From: Balamuthia mandrillaris | Lineage: Eukaryota | DNA length: 64,000 bases | Reading direction: 5' to 3' | Assembly (NCBI GenBank): GCA_031835245.2 | Contig: JAVKOQ020000021.1 | Span: 1-64,000 of the forward strand | Shown here: piece by piece, positions 1 to 12,239 of the stretch | Numbering within the stretch: the first letter of the stretch is position 1 | Layout of the letters: every line of letters begins with the position of its first letter | Position numbers and translations under genes: made by a program | The notes under the pieces: generated by a model | What the model saw: the letters and a program-made list of their open reading frames with translations, nothing else | The model's database searches: none | What the model was told of the DNA's origin: nothing

Positions 1-80
1 TAACCCTAACCCTAACCCTGATCTGATCGAAATTTCCTTTAGCCCTAGACCTAACCTAGCTTTGCCCTAACCTTACCTAA
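1..80 (+). repeat. Telomeric repeat (TAACCC)3 plus degenerate telomere-like variants; chromosome/contig end
   Basis: taaccctaaccctaaccct at 1-19, then ccctagacctaacctag and ccctaaccttacctaa up to ~80. The C-rich strand at the 5' end is the orientation expected of a left TTAGGG telomere. Confidence 0.85.
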
Positions 81-600
81 TGTTTTTCTTTTTTTTTTTT
101 TTTGTACGTCTCTCTTCTTTTCCATCTAGCCTTGTGGTGTTACTTTTTATTTATTGTTGATATATTACATATCTTCTTATTTATTGCAAGGCAGTTGAGC
201 CTTTTGGTCCTTGCTCACTGCACTTTCTCTTTAACCGTTAGTAAATACCTAGTAAATCTGAACAACAATGCTTTAGTTTGTTACTGAATATAATACGTAC
301 TTGAGTTTTATTTGCTTTGTTGTCCACTTGCTCATTCACTCACCTACTCACTCGCTCATTCGCTCAAAAGCTTTTTTATATAACTAATTCATTAGCAAAG
401 ACTTTGTCTTTTTCTACTTTCATCCATTCATTCCTACACAACTAACTTGTTTAAACTAAACATGAATACAAAGCAAACAAACCTTTCTTATTTTACTTTT
501 GTTGTCCTTGTTGTTCATGGTCGGTAATACTGTATATTCTTGTTTTTGAAATGATTGTTAATACTTAAAATCGAGAGAGCGTACTGCTAATATCAGAATG

Positions 601-726
601 ACGTTTGGACAATGCGGCATTAGTGCATAGCACTAAATTTGCAAAGCTCGGCATCGTGAAAGCCTCAGAACGTTTGGACAATGCGGCATTAGTGCATAGC
701 ACTAAATTTGCAAAGCTCGGCGTCGT
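601..726. repeat. 69-bp-period tandem duplication containing an inverted repeat
   Basis: acgtttggacaatgcggcattagtgcatagcactaaatttgcaaagctcggc(a/g)tcgt at 601 and 670. Each copy has TTAGTGC-ata-GCACTAA and TTTGCAAA. Confidence 0.95.
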
Positions 727-1689
727 AACAACATCTGACCCACAGTACTATTGGTGTTTATAGACTTAGTATTGTTTTTAACTCTTTGTTATCCCAAATA
801 AAAATGTCATATACCTTCATTCCTGAGAAAAACGACCAAAGTCAGAATCATCACGAGAAGTAATGGATTTGCTTCGCAGTTATTTTGGTCGTACCGTTAT
901 CACAGCTCGCTCACTTGCTAGTTCACTCGCACTTGATAAAAAAAAAGTCCAACATAGTCTATAATATAAAATAATTGCCATCGCAGGTCTTTTAATTACT
1001 CCATCTATTCCATTTATCCATCCATACATGTATGCGTGTATCAAAAGATGACAAGTGTAAAGTTAGAGGATTCTTTGTTTGCATATCAAGAATGAGAGGG
1101 CCAAAAACAAATACAACCGCTGTTATTCATGTTGCTCTTGCTTCAAAGAAGTATTACTTTCCATCTATTCAATCTTCTTGGTCCGTTGACACTTTAAAAG
1201 CTCTTCCCGAAGAGTCCTTGGCCTTTGATAGTCCAAGTTTTATCTATTTTGCTTTGTTAACAAAGCCATTATTTAGAAGTGAGCAAAAATACAAGCAAGT
1301 AAGCAAGCAAGCAAGTCCTTATGAAACAAAACAATAACAACAACAACAACAACAACAACAACAAGTCAATGTAGAATAAGCATGTCAGTCAATAGCTGAC
1401 AGAGCCAACCAACGAGTGAGTGAGTGAGTGAATGAGCAAGTGGATGAATGATCAAGTAATTGCCTGTTCCCTGAAGATAAACAAACAAAGCAAAGAGTAT
1501 GTTAGTTAGTTAGTAAGATAACCAGTCAATTTGTCCGTCTATCCATCCATCCATCCGTCCGTCCGTCCGTCCGTCCGTCCGTCCATCCGTCCATCAATCC
1601 ATCTGCCTGCCCACCATCTAGCCCACTATCCATCTGCTCCATTTTTATCTCATGCAGAGGCTGTCAGTTAGTTAAGTAAATAGAACAGC

Positions 1690-1942
1690 TATATAATTCA
1701 AATAAATAAATAATAATAATAATAAATAAATAATAATAAATAATAATAAATAAATAAATAAATAAATAATAAATAATAAATAACAATAATAATAACAATT
1801 AATGTCAATAATAACAATAAATTTGTTATAAATAAATAATAAGAATAACAATAACAATAATATTAATAACAATAACAAATAAATAACAACAACAACAATA
1901 ACAATAACAAATAAATAACAACAACAAATAACAACAACAAAT

Positions 1943-2025
<83 letters not shown>

Positions 2026-2256
2026 ATAAAAGAGGTGATTCCTTTGAAAATACAGTGCTGAGCAAGCCAATGCTTCTACTCGGGTTTAGTAGGTCAAAAA
2101 AGAGCTCAGCCATAACGAAAAAGGCAAGTAAATGAATGAGTGAGTAAGTGCATGCAATGAGTGAATAGAACGACAATAACAAAGAGAGTTTAAAAGAAAA
2201 GAAAAGAAAAGAAAAGAAAAGAAAAGAAAAGAAAAGAAAAGAAAAGAAAAGAAAAG
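1690..2256. repeat. Compound microsatellites (AAT/AAAT)n, (AAC)n, (GAAAA)n
   Basis: Directly visible; source of the spurious poly-L/V/C ORFs. Confidence 0.95.
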
Positions 2257-2307
2257 AAGTATACCAAAAAAACAAGCAAAGCAAAAAAGAAAGATGAACA
2301 GGCTAAC

Positions 2308-3962
2308 AAGGCCGTGAAGAGCAGTGAGTACAGTCACAAAGGAAAACAAAGATCATGGAGAGCAGTGCGGCCAGTCACAAAGGAGAAGAAAGAAAGGTCG
2401 TGAAGAGCAGCACGGCCTCTAAGAAGAAAGGTCATGAAGGAAAAACCAAGGCCGTGAAGAGCAGTGAGTGCAGTCACAAAGGAAAACAAAGATCATGGAG
2501 AGCAGTGCGGCCAGTCACAAAGAAGAAGAAAGGTTGTGAAAAGCAGCATGGCCTCAAAGAAGAAAGGTCCTGAAGGAAAAACCAAGGCCGTGGAGAGCAG
2601 TAAGTGCAGTCACAAAGGAAAACAAAGGTCATGGAGAGCAGTACAGTCAGTCACAAAGGAGAAGAAAGGTCGTGAAGAGCAGCACGGCCTCAAAGAAGAA
2701 GAAAGGCCATCTATGAAAGAGAAGAAAAGCACAAAGGAGAAGAAAGGCTGTGAAGAGCAGTACAGCCACGAAGGAAAAGAAAGGCCGTGAAGAGCAGTGA
2801 GTGCAGCAGCCAGCCAGCCGCAAAGGAGAAGAAAGACAGCAAAGAGCAGCCAGTGTGGCCTCAAAGAAGGAGAAAAGCCAGCCAGCAAAGAGGGAAAACG
2901 GCTGTAACGAGCAGTGAGTGCAGTCATAAAGGAGAAGAAAGGCCATGAAAAGCAGCGTGACCTCAAAGAAGAAGAAAGGCCGTGAAGGGCCGTGCGGGCA
3001 CAACGGAGAAGGCCATGAAGAAAAAGAACAGCCAGCGCAACCAAAGAAGAAGAACGGCCATGAAGAGCAAAGCGGTCAGTCGGTCGGTCAGTCAGTCGGT
3101 CGGTCGGTCAGTCAGTCGGTCGGTCGGTCGGTCGGTCGTTCGGTCGGCCAGTCGGTCGGTCGGTCGGTCGGTCGGTCGGTCGGTCGGTCGGTCGGTCGGT
3201 CGGTCGGTCGGTCGCAAAGAAGAAGAAAGGCCGTGAAGGGCAGAGCAATTGCATGCAAAGAAGAAGAAAGGCCGTGATGGAGAAGAAAAGCCACGGAGAG
3301 CAGTGCAATTGCATGCAAAGGAGAAGAAAGGCTGTGAAAAAGAAGAAAGGCCATGGCCATGAAGAACAGTGTCATTACAAAGGGGAAGAAAGGTTGTGAA
3401 GAGCAGCAGTGCAGCCTCCGAGGAGAAGAAAGGCTGTGACGAGCAGTACAGCCACAAAGGGAGAAAAAGGCCGCGAAGAGCAGTGTGGCTGGCTGCGAAG
3501 AAGAAGAGAAGAGCAGTGCGGGGGCCTCAAAGGAGGGGAAAAGTCATGAAGGGAAAGAAAGGCTGTGAAGAACAGTGCAGTCCTAAAGGAGAAGAAAGGT
3601 GATGAAGAGGAAAAAGGCCGTGAAGAGCAGCGCAGCTTCCAAAAAGATGAAGAAAGGCTGTGAAGGGCTGTGCGGGATGGAGAAGGTCATGAAGAAAAAG
3701 AAAAGCCATTAAGAACAGTGCAACCACAAAGAAGAAGAAAGGCCATGAAGGGCAGAGTGGTTGGTCGGTTAGTCGGTCGGTTGGTCGGTCGGTCGGTCGG
3801 TTGGTCGGTCGCCAAGAAAAAGAAAGGCCGTGACGGCGGGGCCGAAAAGCCACAGAGAGCAGTTTGACCACAACAGAGAAGAAAGGCCATGAAGAACAGT
3901 GTGGCTACAAAGAGGAAGAAAGGTGTGACGTGTGGGTCATGAAGAGGGAGGAAGGCCGTGAA
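2308..3962. repeat. Purine-rich degenerate tandem repeat with embedded (GGTC)n tracts
   Basis: Recurring gaagaaaggc(c/t)gtgaagagcag motif. A ~136-140 bp higher-order unit starts at ~2308, 2448 and 2584. (GGTC)n lies at ~3073-3213 and ~3759-3810. Confidence 0.9.
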
Positions 3963-4071
3963 GGGTGAGTCCTCGTGCGATCCGTGCCACTTTTATCTTT
4001 CTTTTTTTTTTTTCGGCCTGCTGATTAATTTGTTTTCCCTTCCCTGTTACCCCCCTTCCCCCTTCCCCCTT

Positions 4072-4114
<43 letters not shown>

Positions 4115-4148
4115 GCCCGGTCGAAAACGGACCCGGAGAAAAAAGAAA

Positions 4149-4464
4149 ATGAAACGTAACAGAGGGGAACTGAAGGAACACTACCAAACGCTAGAGCGAC
4201 AGCTACGATGCCAGCAACAGCAGCAGCAGCAACAGCAGCAACAAGAGAAGGCAGAAAACAAGCGACTGAAGCGCGTACGGCTTCGACAAGCGAAAATGAA
4301 ACGCAGGCACGTCTTTTTAACAGTATTATTGTTGTTATGTTGTTGTTGTTGTTGTTGTTCTTCTTCTTCTTGTTCTTCTTGTTCTTGTTCTTGTTCTTGT
4401 TCTTGTTCTTCTTCTTCTTCTTCTTCTTCTTCTTCTTCTTCTTCTTCTTCTTCTTCTTCTTCTT

Positions 4465-4495
<31 letters not shown>

Positions 4496-5911
4496 TTGGT
4501 TACCATAGGTTGTTTGGTTAACTTTAGGTTTGCTTTCCGCTTTTTGCTCCTCCTTTGTTCATATTGGTGGCATTGTTCTATGCAACTTGACCGACTGTTG
4601 AATTGCAAACGTAGACGAGCAGGGATTCACCTCTCACCTCCATTACCAAAGATAAAGCTACCATTACTTAGTAGCGAGGAAAAGTTACAAGTCCTGTGGT
4701 CAGCACCTCTGACTTTGGAAGAAAGCCAACAATCTGGCCCCTTTTCTTCTTATCGCTTGCTGTCCGCAAAAGACCTGCTGGACTCTTTCCAGTTTGAGGC
4801 CGAAGCTAGTACCCACAGCTTAAAACGACTTTTTCCCTGCAGCAGCAGCGGTGGCAGCAGCGGCGGCGACAAAAACAAGATGAACTCAAAGGCAGCTTAC
4901 AAGTAATTTCTCTTTCTTCTTCTTTATGTTTGTTCTACTCAATGTGTTTTCTTTTTTTCCGTTCTCCTGGTTTGTTCATTGTTTTTTTTCTTTCTTTCTA
5001 TCTCTTCTTTTTCTTTTTCTTTTTCTTTTTCTTTTTTTTTTTTTTACTTTGCTTGCTCTCTTGCTCGCTCGCTCACTCGCTCGCTCACGTTTTTGATAAA
5101 CAGGTTAGCTTATATTTATGTTCCAGTGGATAAGCAACTTAAAGAATGGAAAGAAAGGCATTGTCTCTCCAACCAAGACCTTCACTTGATTATGACCTCT
5201 AGCGGTGGGAACTTGGGCAAAAGAAACAACATTGCCAGTGCAGGGAAGGCAGCTGGCGTGGGAAAGCGACCAGGCACGGACAAAGGATACTTTGGGCTGT
5301 CATATACCCTTGCTCCACGTGGTCCAATTTTTCAGGAATGGCTTTCAAAATGGTGGACGCAGCAACCCTTGCAGTTGAGAACTAGAAGAGAGGAACAAGA
5401 AGAAATGGAGAAAAAGGAAAAGGAAAGTGCAACCACAAAAATGATAACAACAAAGAAGACCATGGAAGAGAAAGAGGAGGAGGAAGAGGAAGCGGACGAG
5501 GACGAGGACGAGGACGAGGAAGAGGAAAAGGAAGAGAACAAGGAAGAAGAAGAGGAAGAGGAAGAGGATAAGGAAGAGGAAAAGGAAAAGGAAGAGGAAG
5601 AGTCAGAAGAAAAACAAAAAGAAAAGAAAAGAAGCACTAGACCTCACTATCACCACAAGGATTTTCCCTACAAGGAACTAAGGAACTTGGAAACTCTCCG
5701 CCCAGATCTCTACGCTTCTTTCGAGTCGTTGGCTTGCATTTTGGCCGCAATAATGCAACAGCACTGCCAAAGGGCTTCAAAGTATCGAAAGAAAACCCTG
5801 AAGAGGCTTTTTTCAACAACTGTAGGAGCATCAATGTCATCTTCATCTCCATTATCATTCTCTTCCTTTTCCTTCTTCCCCTCCTCTTCCTCTTCGTTGT
5901 CATCATCCTCG

Positions 5912-5965
<54 letters not shown>

Positions 5966-6631
5966 GCAGCACTGAAGGAAGGGATAAAGACATCAATAAA
6001 GTGGAAACGCTACCTAGAGGCCGTGGCCATCAGGATGGCCCACAGAGGTACTCTTCTAGGCCAAGGCTTTGCCACAAACCTTATTTTTAGTTGGAATTTT
6101 AGTTCAGCGCCACATGTGGATCCGCAAGATGATGCTAAGGGATTGGCCATTGTGGTTTGGTGGCGCGGTTGGGACCAAAGCAACCGCTGCCCCTACGGCA
6201 GTGATGATGGAAAGCATCGTGCAGCAGGAGAGGTATGGGCCTTTTTTTTCCCTCAATTCTATCGTGCAGTGCGCCTGCATGACCTGGCAACTATTATCTT
6301 CAATTCGGCTGAAGTGTGGCATGGTTCGATCTTTCAAAGAGCTCCGCATTGCACATGTTCAGTTTATGGCTCAATCTCCGCCTTGAACAAACGATTTTTG
6401 AGTGCAATGCACAAGAAAAAGAGCAATGATGACAGCCAGCAACAACAACAACTACCTCCATCACAACTACAACCACAACCACAACCACAACAGCAACAAC
6501 AAAAACAACCCCAACAACAACAACTCTCATCACCACTACTGCCACCACCACTATTGCAAGACTTAACACGATCCTTGTTTGAAATGGCCTCGTACTTTAG
6601 TGCCCCACGAACGACTACAACGACAAAATAA
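4149..6631 (+). CDS. TET/JBP-like 2OG-Fe(II) dioxygenase (spliced; catalytic exon 5104-6631)
   Basis: The last exon encodes FATNLIFSWNFSSAP-HVD-PQDD (HxD at 6113-6121), WAFFFPQFYRAVRLHDLATIIFNSAEVW-H-GS (distal His 6320-6322) and YGSISALNKR. Upstream GKAAGVGKRPGTDKGYFGLSY resembles the GxxxxxGxR...GxY motif of fungal TET/JBP proteins. Intron 4903-5103 (gtaatt...aaacag) joins the frames. First exon and start at 4149 are inferred. Confidence 0.75.
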
Positions 6632-6661
6632 CAGTCAGCAGCAAGCAGATTAGAACAATTG

Positions 6662-6984
<323 letters not shown>

Positions 6985-6989
6985 GATAT

Positions 6990-9900
6990 TTACAACACTA
7001 ATAAAGGATCCACAAAGTCATCTTCAGCTGTCCTTGAAATAATAACAACATCATCATTAGAATCTTCATCTTCATCTTCCTCTTCAACAACAGCACACTC
7101 CTTCTGTGTGGTCTTTCTTTGAACAGCTGCTCTTTTGCTCTGTTGTCCTTGTCGAAGTCGTCGTCGTCGTTGTTGTGATGATGAGTGTTTATTCCTCCTT
7201 CTTCTCGATTTTAGGGTTGTGGTCCTGCTTTGGTCGTTAGTTTGTCTGGTGGTGGTGGTTGATTGTTGTAGGCCATCCTTTTCCTCGTTTCCCACCCTCG
7301 TGACAGCAACCACAGCACTTCCTCCGCCACCATCCTCACCACAGGTTGAAGAAGTAACAGCCGCAGCCCCAGTCTTTCTTCGTTTTGCTTTGCGAAAACC
7401 AGTGTCGATCTGGTCGTTACCCTCTTGGCTGAAATCTAGAATGCCGATGCAAGGACCGCGAAGACGTTGTTTCGGTTCCATCATCAGCAGATTGTGTAGG
7501 TCCTGGCAATTGTTGCAGTTGTTGTTGTTGTTGTTGTTGTTGTTGTCATTGTTGTAGTGGTGATGATGATAAGGATCCTCCTCTTGTGCCTCTTCGTTGT
7601 TGCTCTCATGGTCGTTGGTGTCGTGGGTAAGAAGGTGACGATGATGGCGAGTAGCACGCCGCTTGTTGTGGGAGTTGGGCATCGAGTGTTGGCCGAGGCG
7701 AGCGAGCTCCTTTGGTAACTGCACCTGCTCCCATTCCACATCATCAACAGTGGTCCTGAGAGGGCGAGCATAGCCCGAAATCTCGAGGTCCCTTTGAAGT
7801 CCTGGGTAATCCCCTTTTGTCATCCCCATGGAGGCCTTCGTGGAACGAGACACTTCTTCATCGTCGTCATCGCCTTCGTTGCTGTCGCTGCTGCTGCTGT
7901 CCTCCTCAGGACTGCTGAAGGCTGCTGAGGAACCGCCACCGCCACTCCCACCGCCACCACCACCGTCGCCACCACCACCACTACCACAACAACGGATAAA
8001 CCAAGCATTTGTTTGGTCTAAAACGGACCTCACTCCTTGTTGCAAAAGCTCATCCACCAGCTGCTGTTGGGTTCTCCATGTTTCCTCAAACGTACTGTAG
8101 CGATTGTAGTTTTCGCGCATAACCATCTCTTGCACGTTCAACAAATCGGCCAGGGCACTCAACCATTTGGAGAATTCCTCGGTGTCCAGGCTACCTTTCT
8201 TGCGGAAAACATCGGTCAAGGTCATCCTTCGGTATTGAATTGGCGTGAGTCCAGCCACATAAGGATTGAAGTCTTGGCCCATCTGACGAACCTCTTGGCT
8301 GAACTGCTTGTACTCCATCGCTTGGCCCTTCCTGTTGATCCACAAAGCCCAAGGATTGAATGGATGTTCCTTGCGACTTTGTTGTCCGGAGGTGGCGCAG
8401 CAATGGTTGTTGCTGTTGTTGTGGTTGTTGCGGCGGTTGCCATGGGTCAGGTTGCGTAGCATCGTCGTGTCACCCTCAGCATGGTTGCTGTCCTCCTCCT
8501 CCTCCTCCTCCTCCTCCTCCTCCTCTTTCACAATCTTCTAGGCAGTGGTCCTCATCCGACATGGTATTCTCTTTATCTTCATCATCATCATCATTGTTGT
8601 CATGAGTGTCGTCGTTGTGTTTGTTGTAGTTATTGCCGTTATCTTCGACATCAGTATTGCCGTTGACAGTTGTTGTTAAGGGACGGTGATGATGAGGAGA
8701 ATGCAAGTGGCTGCTATCGAGTAACGAAGGACGAACCGTACTCAAAAAGTAATCCAACAAAGGTATAAAGCAGGATGGCAAAGGAATCTTATTTGTTTTG
8801 GTTCGAGTTTTTTTCTCTCGAGTGGAGATGATGTAAAGTATCACCTCTTCGTGGCGCTTGTGTGATGAAGCAGCACTAGCCTCAGCTTCAGTAGATAGGG
8901 AAGAGGATGCAGAAGAAGAAGAAGAAGAAGAAGAAGAAGAAGAAGAAGAAGAAGAAGAACAAGAAGAAGAAGCCGAAGATGATGATGATGATGATGACGA
9001 TGTTGAAGGCGAACCCACTTTTAAACGATCGAGTCGTAAACCAGCCACTACTTGTCGTCTCAAACCACCGCAAAAATTCATAAGCAATGTCATCAAACAA
9101 CGTTGAAAAAGCCTTGCTTCCTGTCGTTGAAACAGTAGTTTTTTGGTTTGTAGCCGTTGTCGTTTCTTTCGACGACGTTGCTGTCGCTGTTATAATTAAC
9201 AGAGCCACCATGAAGAAAAAGCAAAGTAAGAAAAGTAAGAAAAGTAGGACTCACTCACCACAAAAACAAACAAACGAAACAAACAAACAAATTATTGCCC
9301 TCCCTAAGCAATGTTTCCTCACCCTAATAAGACGGACAAACAGATAAAACAATAAAAATGGAATCTATCCATCTGTTCATTCTAACCAGCCAGCCAGCCA
9401 GCCAGCCAGATTACCAACCTTTCTTTTAATAGCCTTGCAGGTTAGAGCATGCATCTTGTTCAACATCCAGATGGCAAACACAGCCCTTTCTTCCGCAGTG
9501 ATAAACTTGCCGTTGTTGATCATATCCTTTTCATGGAAAATTTCACTTTGATAGCTGTGGTTTTCGTGCATAGCTTGATTTGCTACTTCTCGAATTAACT
9601 AACCACCAACCTTACATCAGTTATAGAAAGAAACGACAAGAAAGAAAGAAAGAAAGAAAGAAGAAAGAAACAACAACAAGAAATGACAAGAAAGAAACAA
9701 CTACAAAGAAAGAAAGAAAGAAACGACTAGAAAGAAATGACAAGAGAGAAAGAAAGAGACCAAAAGGAAATAGCTACATACGAGACGACAAAATACGATT
9801 TGCCGAACATAACCACGAAATTCAGGTTGGAATGACATCCACCACAGCACTCGTGCCAATATAGCCGCTTTGTTTCGTCGCGTCTTTGCCTGTCCCCAAC

Positions 9901-11869
9901 AGCAGTTTGCAAACTTAACCCAGATACGAACTCGCACACAATCATACAACATGCTAATATGTGGTTTCCATTCGCCACCGCTGCTGCCACCACCGTTGTT
10001 CCATTTTTGGTTGGTTGGTTGGTTGGTTGGTTGGTTGGTTGGTTGGTTGGTTGGTTGGTTGGTTGGTTGGTTGGTTGGTTGGTTGGTTGGTTGGTTGTAT
10101 TGAGATGTAGAGTTGATTGGTTAGTTCATTGGTGAGGTAACGAACAAATGAATAACGCTAATGATGCAAGAGTTGGTTGGTCCTCCAAGGCACTTACCTT
10201 TGTTTGCCACTGCAGCCATAAGTTACTTCGCATTCATAAATCAAACGATAAAACTGGGCCAATACGCTTTTGATATCGCTAGCTGTTTGGTCGCAACTGC
10301 CAAAAGTAACACTTTTTCTTTTTTCTTGGCTTTGTGTTTGAAGGATCCTTCGGGTTTCTGTATCCACACGGTTCTTTTTCAGAGCCGCTTCTTGCTTCAC
10401 GTAGCATGCTAGATATGGAACAAATGGAGCCACTTCCTTATTGAAATTCAGTCCCTTTGTGAGAAGAACAACAACAATAACAACAATCAATCACAGTTAG
10501 CTGAGAGTAACCAACCAACCAACCAACCAACCAACCAACCAACCAACCAACCAACCAACCAAGAAATGGTGAACAAAGAGGCGATGGAAAACAAAATAGG
10601 CCTTACCAAGAAACGGTTGTTGCGGTCTGTTCCTTTTTCTATCAAAGCCATAAGTAGCTGTTCCTTCTTTTTACTAGTGTAGATGGTAGAGAGTTTTGTA
10701 CTATCATCATCTTGAATTTCTTGTTGTTGTTGTTGTTGTTCTGCTTCTTCTGCTTCTTCTTCTTCTTCTTCTTCTTCTTCTTCTTCTTCTTCTTCTTCTT
10801 CTTCTTCTTCTTCTTCTTCTGTTTCTTCTTCTTCTTCTGTTGCTTCTTTATGTACGTCTTCTTTGTTTTGTGCTTTTTCATCTACTTCTTCTGCTTCTGT
10901 TGTTGCTTCATCGTTTTCTTCATCTTTCCGTTTTCTTACTTCCAATTCCTTGCTGCTGCTGCTGCTGCTGCACTTCCACATGTTGTTCTCAGCAGCGCGA
11001 GCATTCTTTCTGGCATCATCCTCAATTTCTGAAGAAGCATTCGAAGACTTCAACAAGAATAGATCATCCTCCTCTTCTTCAAGAATGTCCGTCACCTCAT
11101 CATGGTTTACTGCTGCTGTTGCTTGTTCTGCTGCTGTTGCTGAGAGAAAAGAAGAGGAGGGAAAAGAAGAAAAGAGGAAGGATGATAATGGTGATGCAGT
11201 GAATGTTTCCATGGTCTCCATCGACATTATCGATGGATCAACCGCACCACTTGAGGCCACAGTCAAGGGAGTTACTGTTTGTGTTGTTGTTGTTGTTGAA
11301 GAGAAAGAAGGTTCCAAGTAGTCGCCAAGGAACTGGTGCATTGAAGATGATGCGTATGAGGAAAAGGGATGTTGTTGTTGTTGTCGTTGGAGCTGCACCT
11401 GTTGTAGTTGTTTGGGTTATTGTATGTTAGTATGAACAATAAAAGCAGCACTTATACAGAGTGTTTTGATGGATGGATGGATGGATGGATATGGATGGAT
11501 GGATGGATGGATATGGATGAATGGATGGATGGAGGGAGTGAGTGAGTGAGTAAGGGAAGAGAAAGAAAGGCAAGGTAGGCTACTCGCAATCAAAGTTCTT
11601 GTGCTTACCTGTGAGTTGTCCTCAAAGGCCATTTTCACCTCATTTTCACCAACTGCAGGGCTTGTAGTTGTCGTTGTTTGAGTTCGTTGTTGTTTTCGTT
11701 GCTTACGACGTAGTCTTCTTGCCTTTCTTCTCTGAAGTCGGTTGTGATAACGACAACAACGAACAACTGTTTGCTCTTTGTCCATCACACAGCAACACTT
11801 TCCATTGTTGTTGTTGTTGTTGTTGTTGCTGTTATGATCCCTGTAGAACTGTTCTTCTTCTTTTTCCAT
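6990..11869 (-). CDS. Tyrosine recombinase (phage-integrase fold), multi-exon, with one unresolved frame break at ~8476-8540
   Basis: Box [18 protein letters not shown] (Arg 9058-9060). [14 protein letters not shown]...[11 protein letters not shown] contains the candidate catalytic Lys. [10 protein letters not shown] follows. LTPIQY-R-R sits at the HxxR position (Arg 8229-8231). [16 protein letters not shown] (Tyr 8106-8108) has box II spacing. Upstream exons bounded by GT-AG introns (e.g. 10197-10457, ~9782-9953, ~9418-9597) include [15 protein letters not shown], a core-binding-domain-like helix. Start is uncertain. Confidence 0.75.
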
Positions 11870-12239
11870 TTCTGCTCGCTTCTTTACTTGCCCTTGCACT
11901 TACTCACTTGCAGGCTTGCTTTCTTTTCTTTCTTTTCTTTCTTTTTTGTGTCTTCCATCCCATCTTCGTCACCTGTTCGCTCTTCTCTTCACCCATCAAT
12001 TTTCTTCTATTTTCACCAATGTTTTTTTTTTCATTAATTATTTCTATTAAATCTATCTTCTCATTGGATGGCTTTTGGTGATGGTTGTTTTTTGGTCTTT
12101 GTTTCCGTTTTGTTGTAGTTTTTTTTGAGCTACGTACGTACGACAAAAAAAAACAGTTTTGCTGTTCGCTGCAATAGTAAGAACAACACAGCACAGCAAA
12201 GGCAAACAAAAGTAGTGAGAACGAACTTGTTTGCTTGCT

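Noticed and set aside
1032..1337. 101-aa ORF near the telomere
   Set aside because: No recognisable motif or convincing exon structure.
2355..3890. Lys/Glu-rich and VGRS/TDRP ORFs
   Set aside because: Fragmented translations of the degenerate repeat and (GGTC)n; no domain signal.
6990..11869. Telomere resolvase (protelomerase) assignment for the recombinase
   Set aside because: The position is suggestive, but the end carries ordinary TAACCC repeats and I see no resolvase-specific motif; generic YR call retained.
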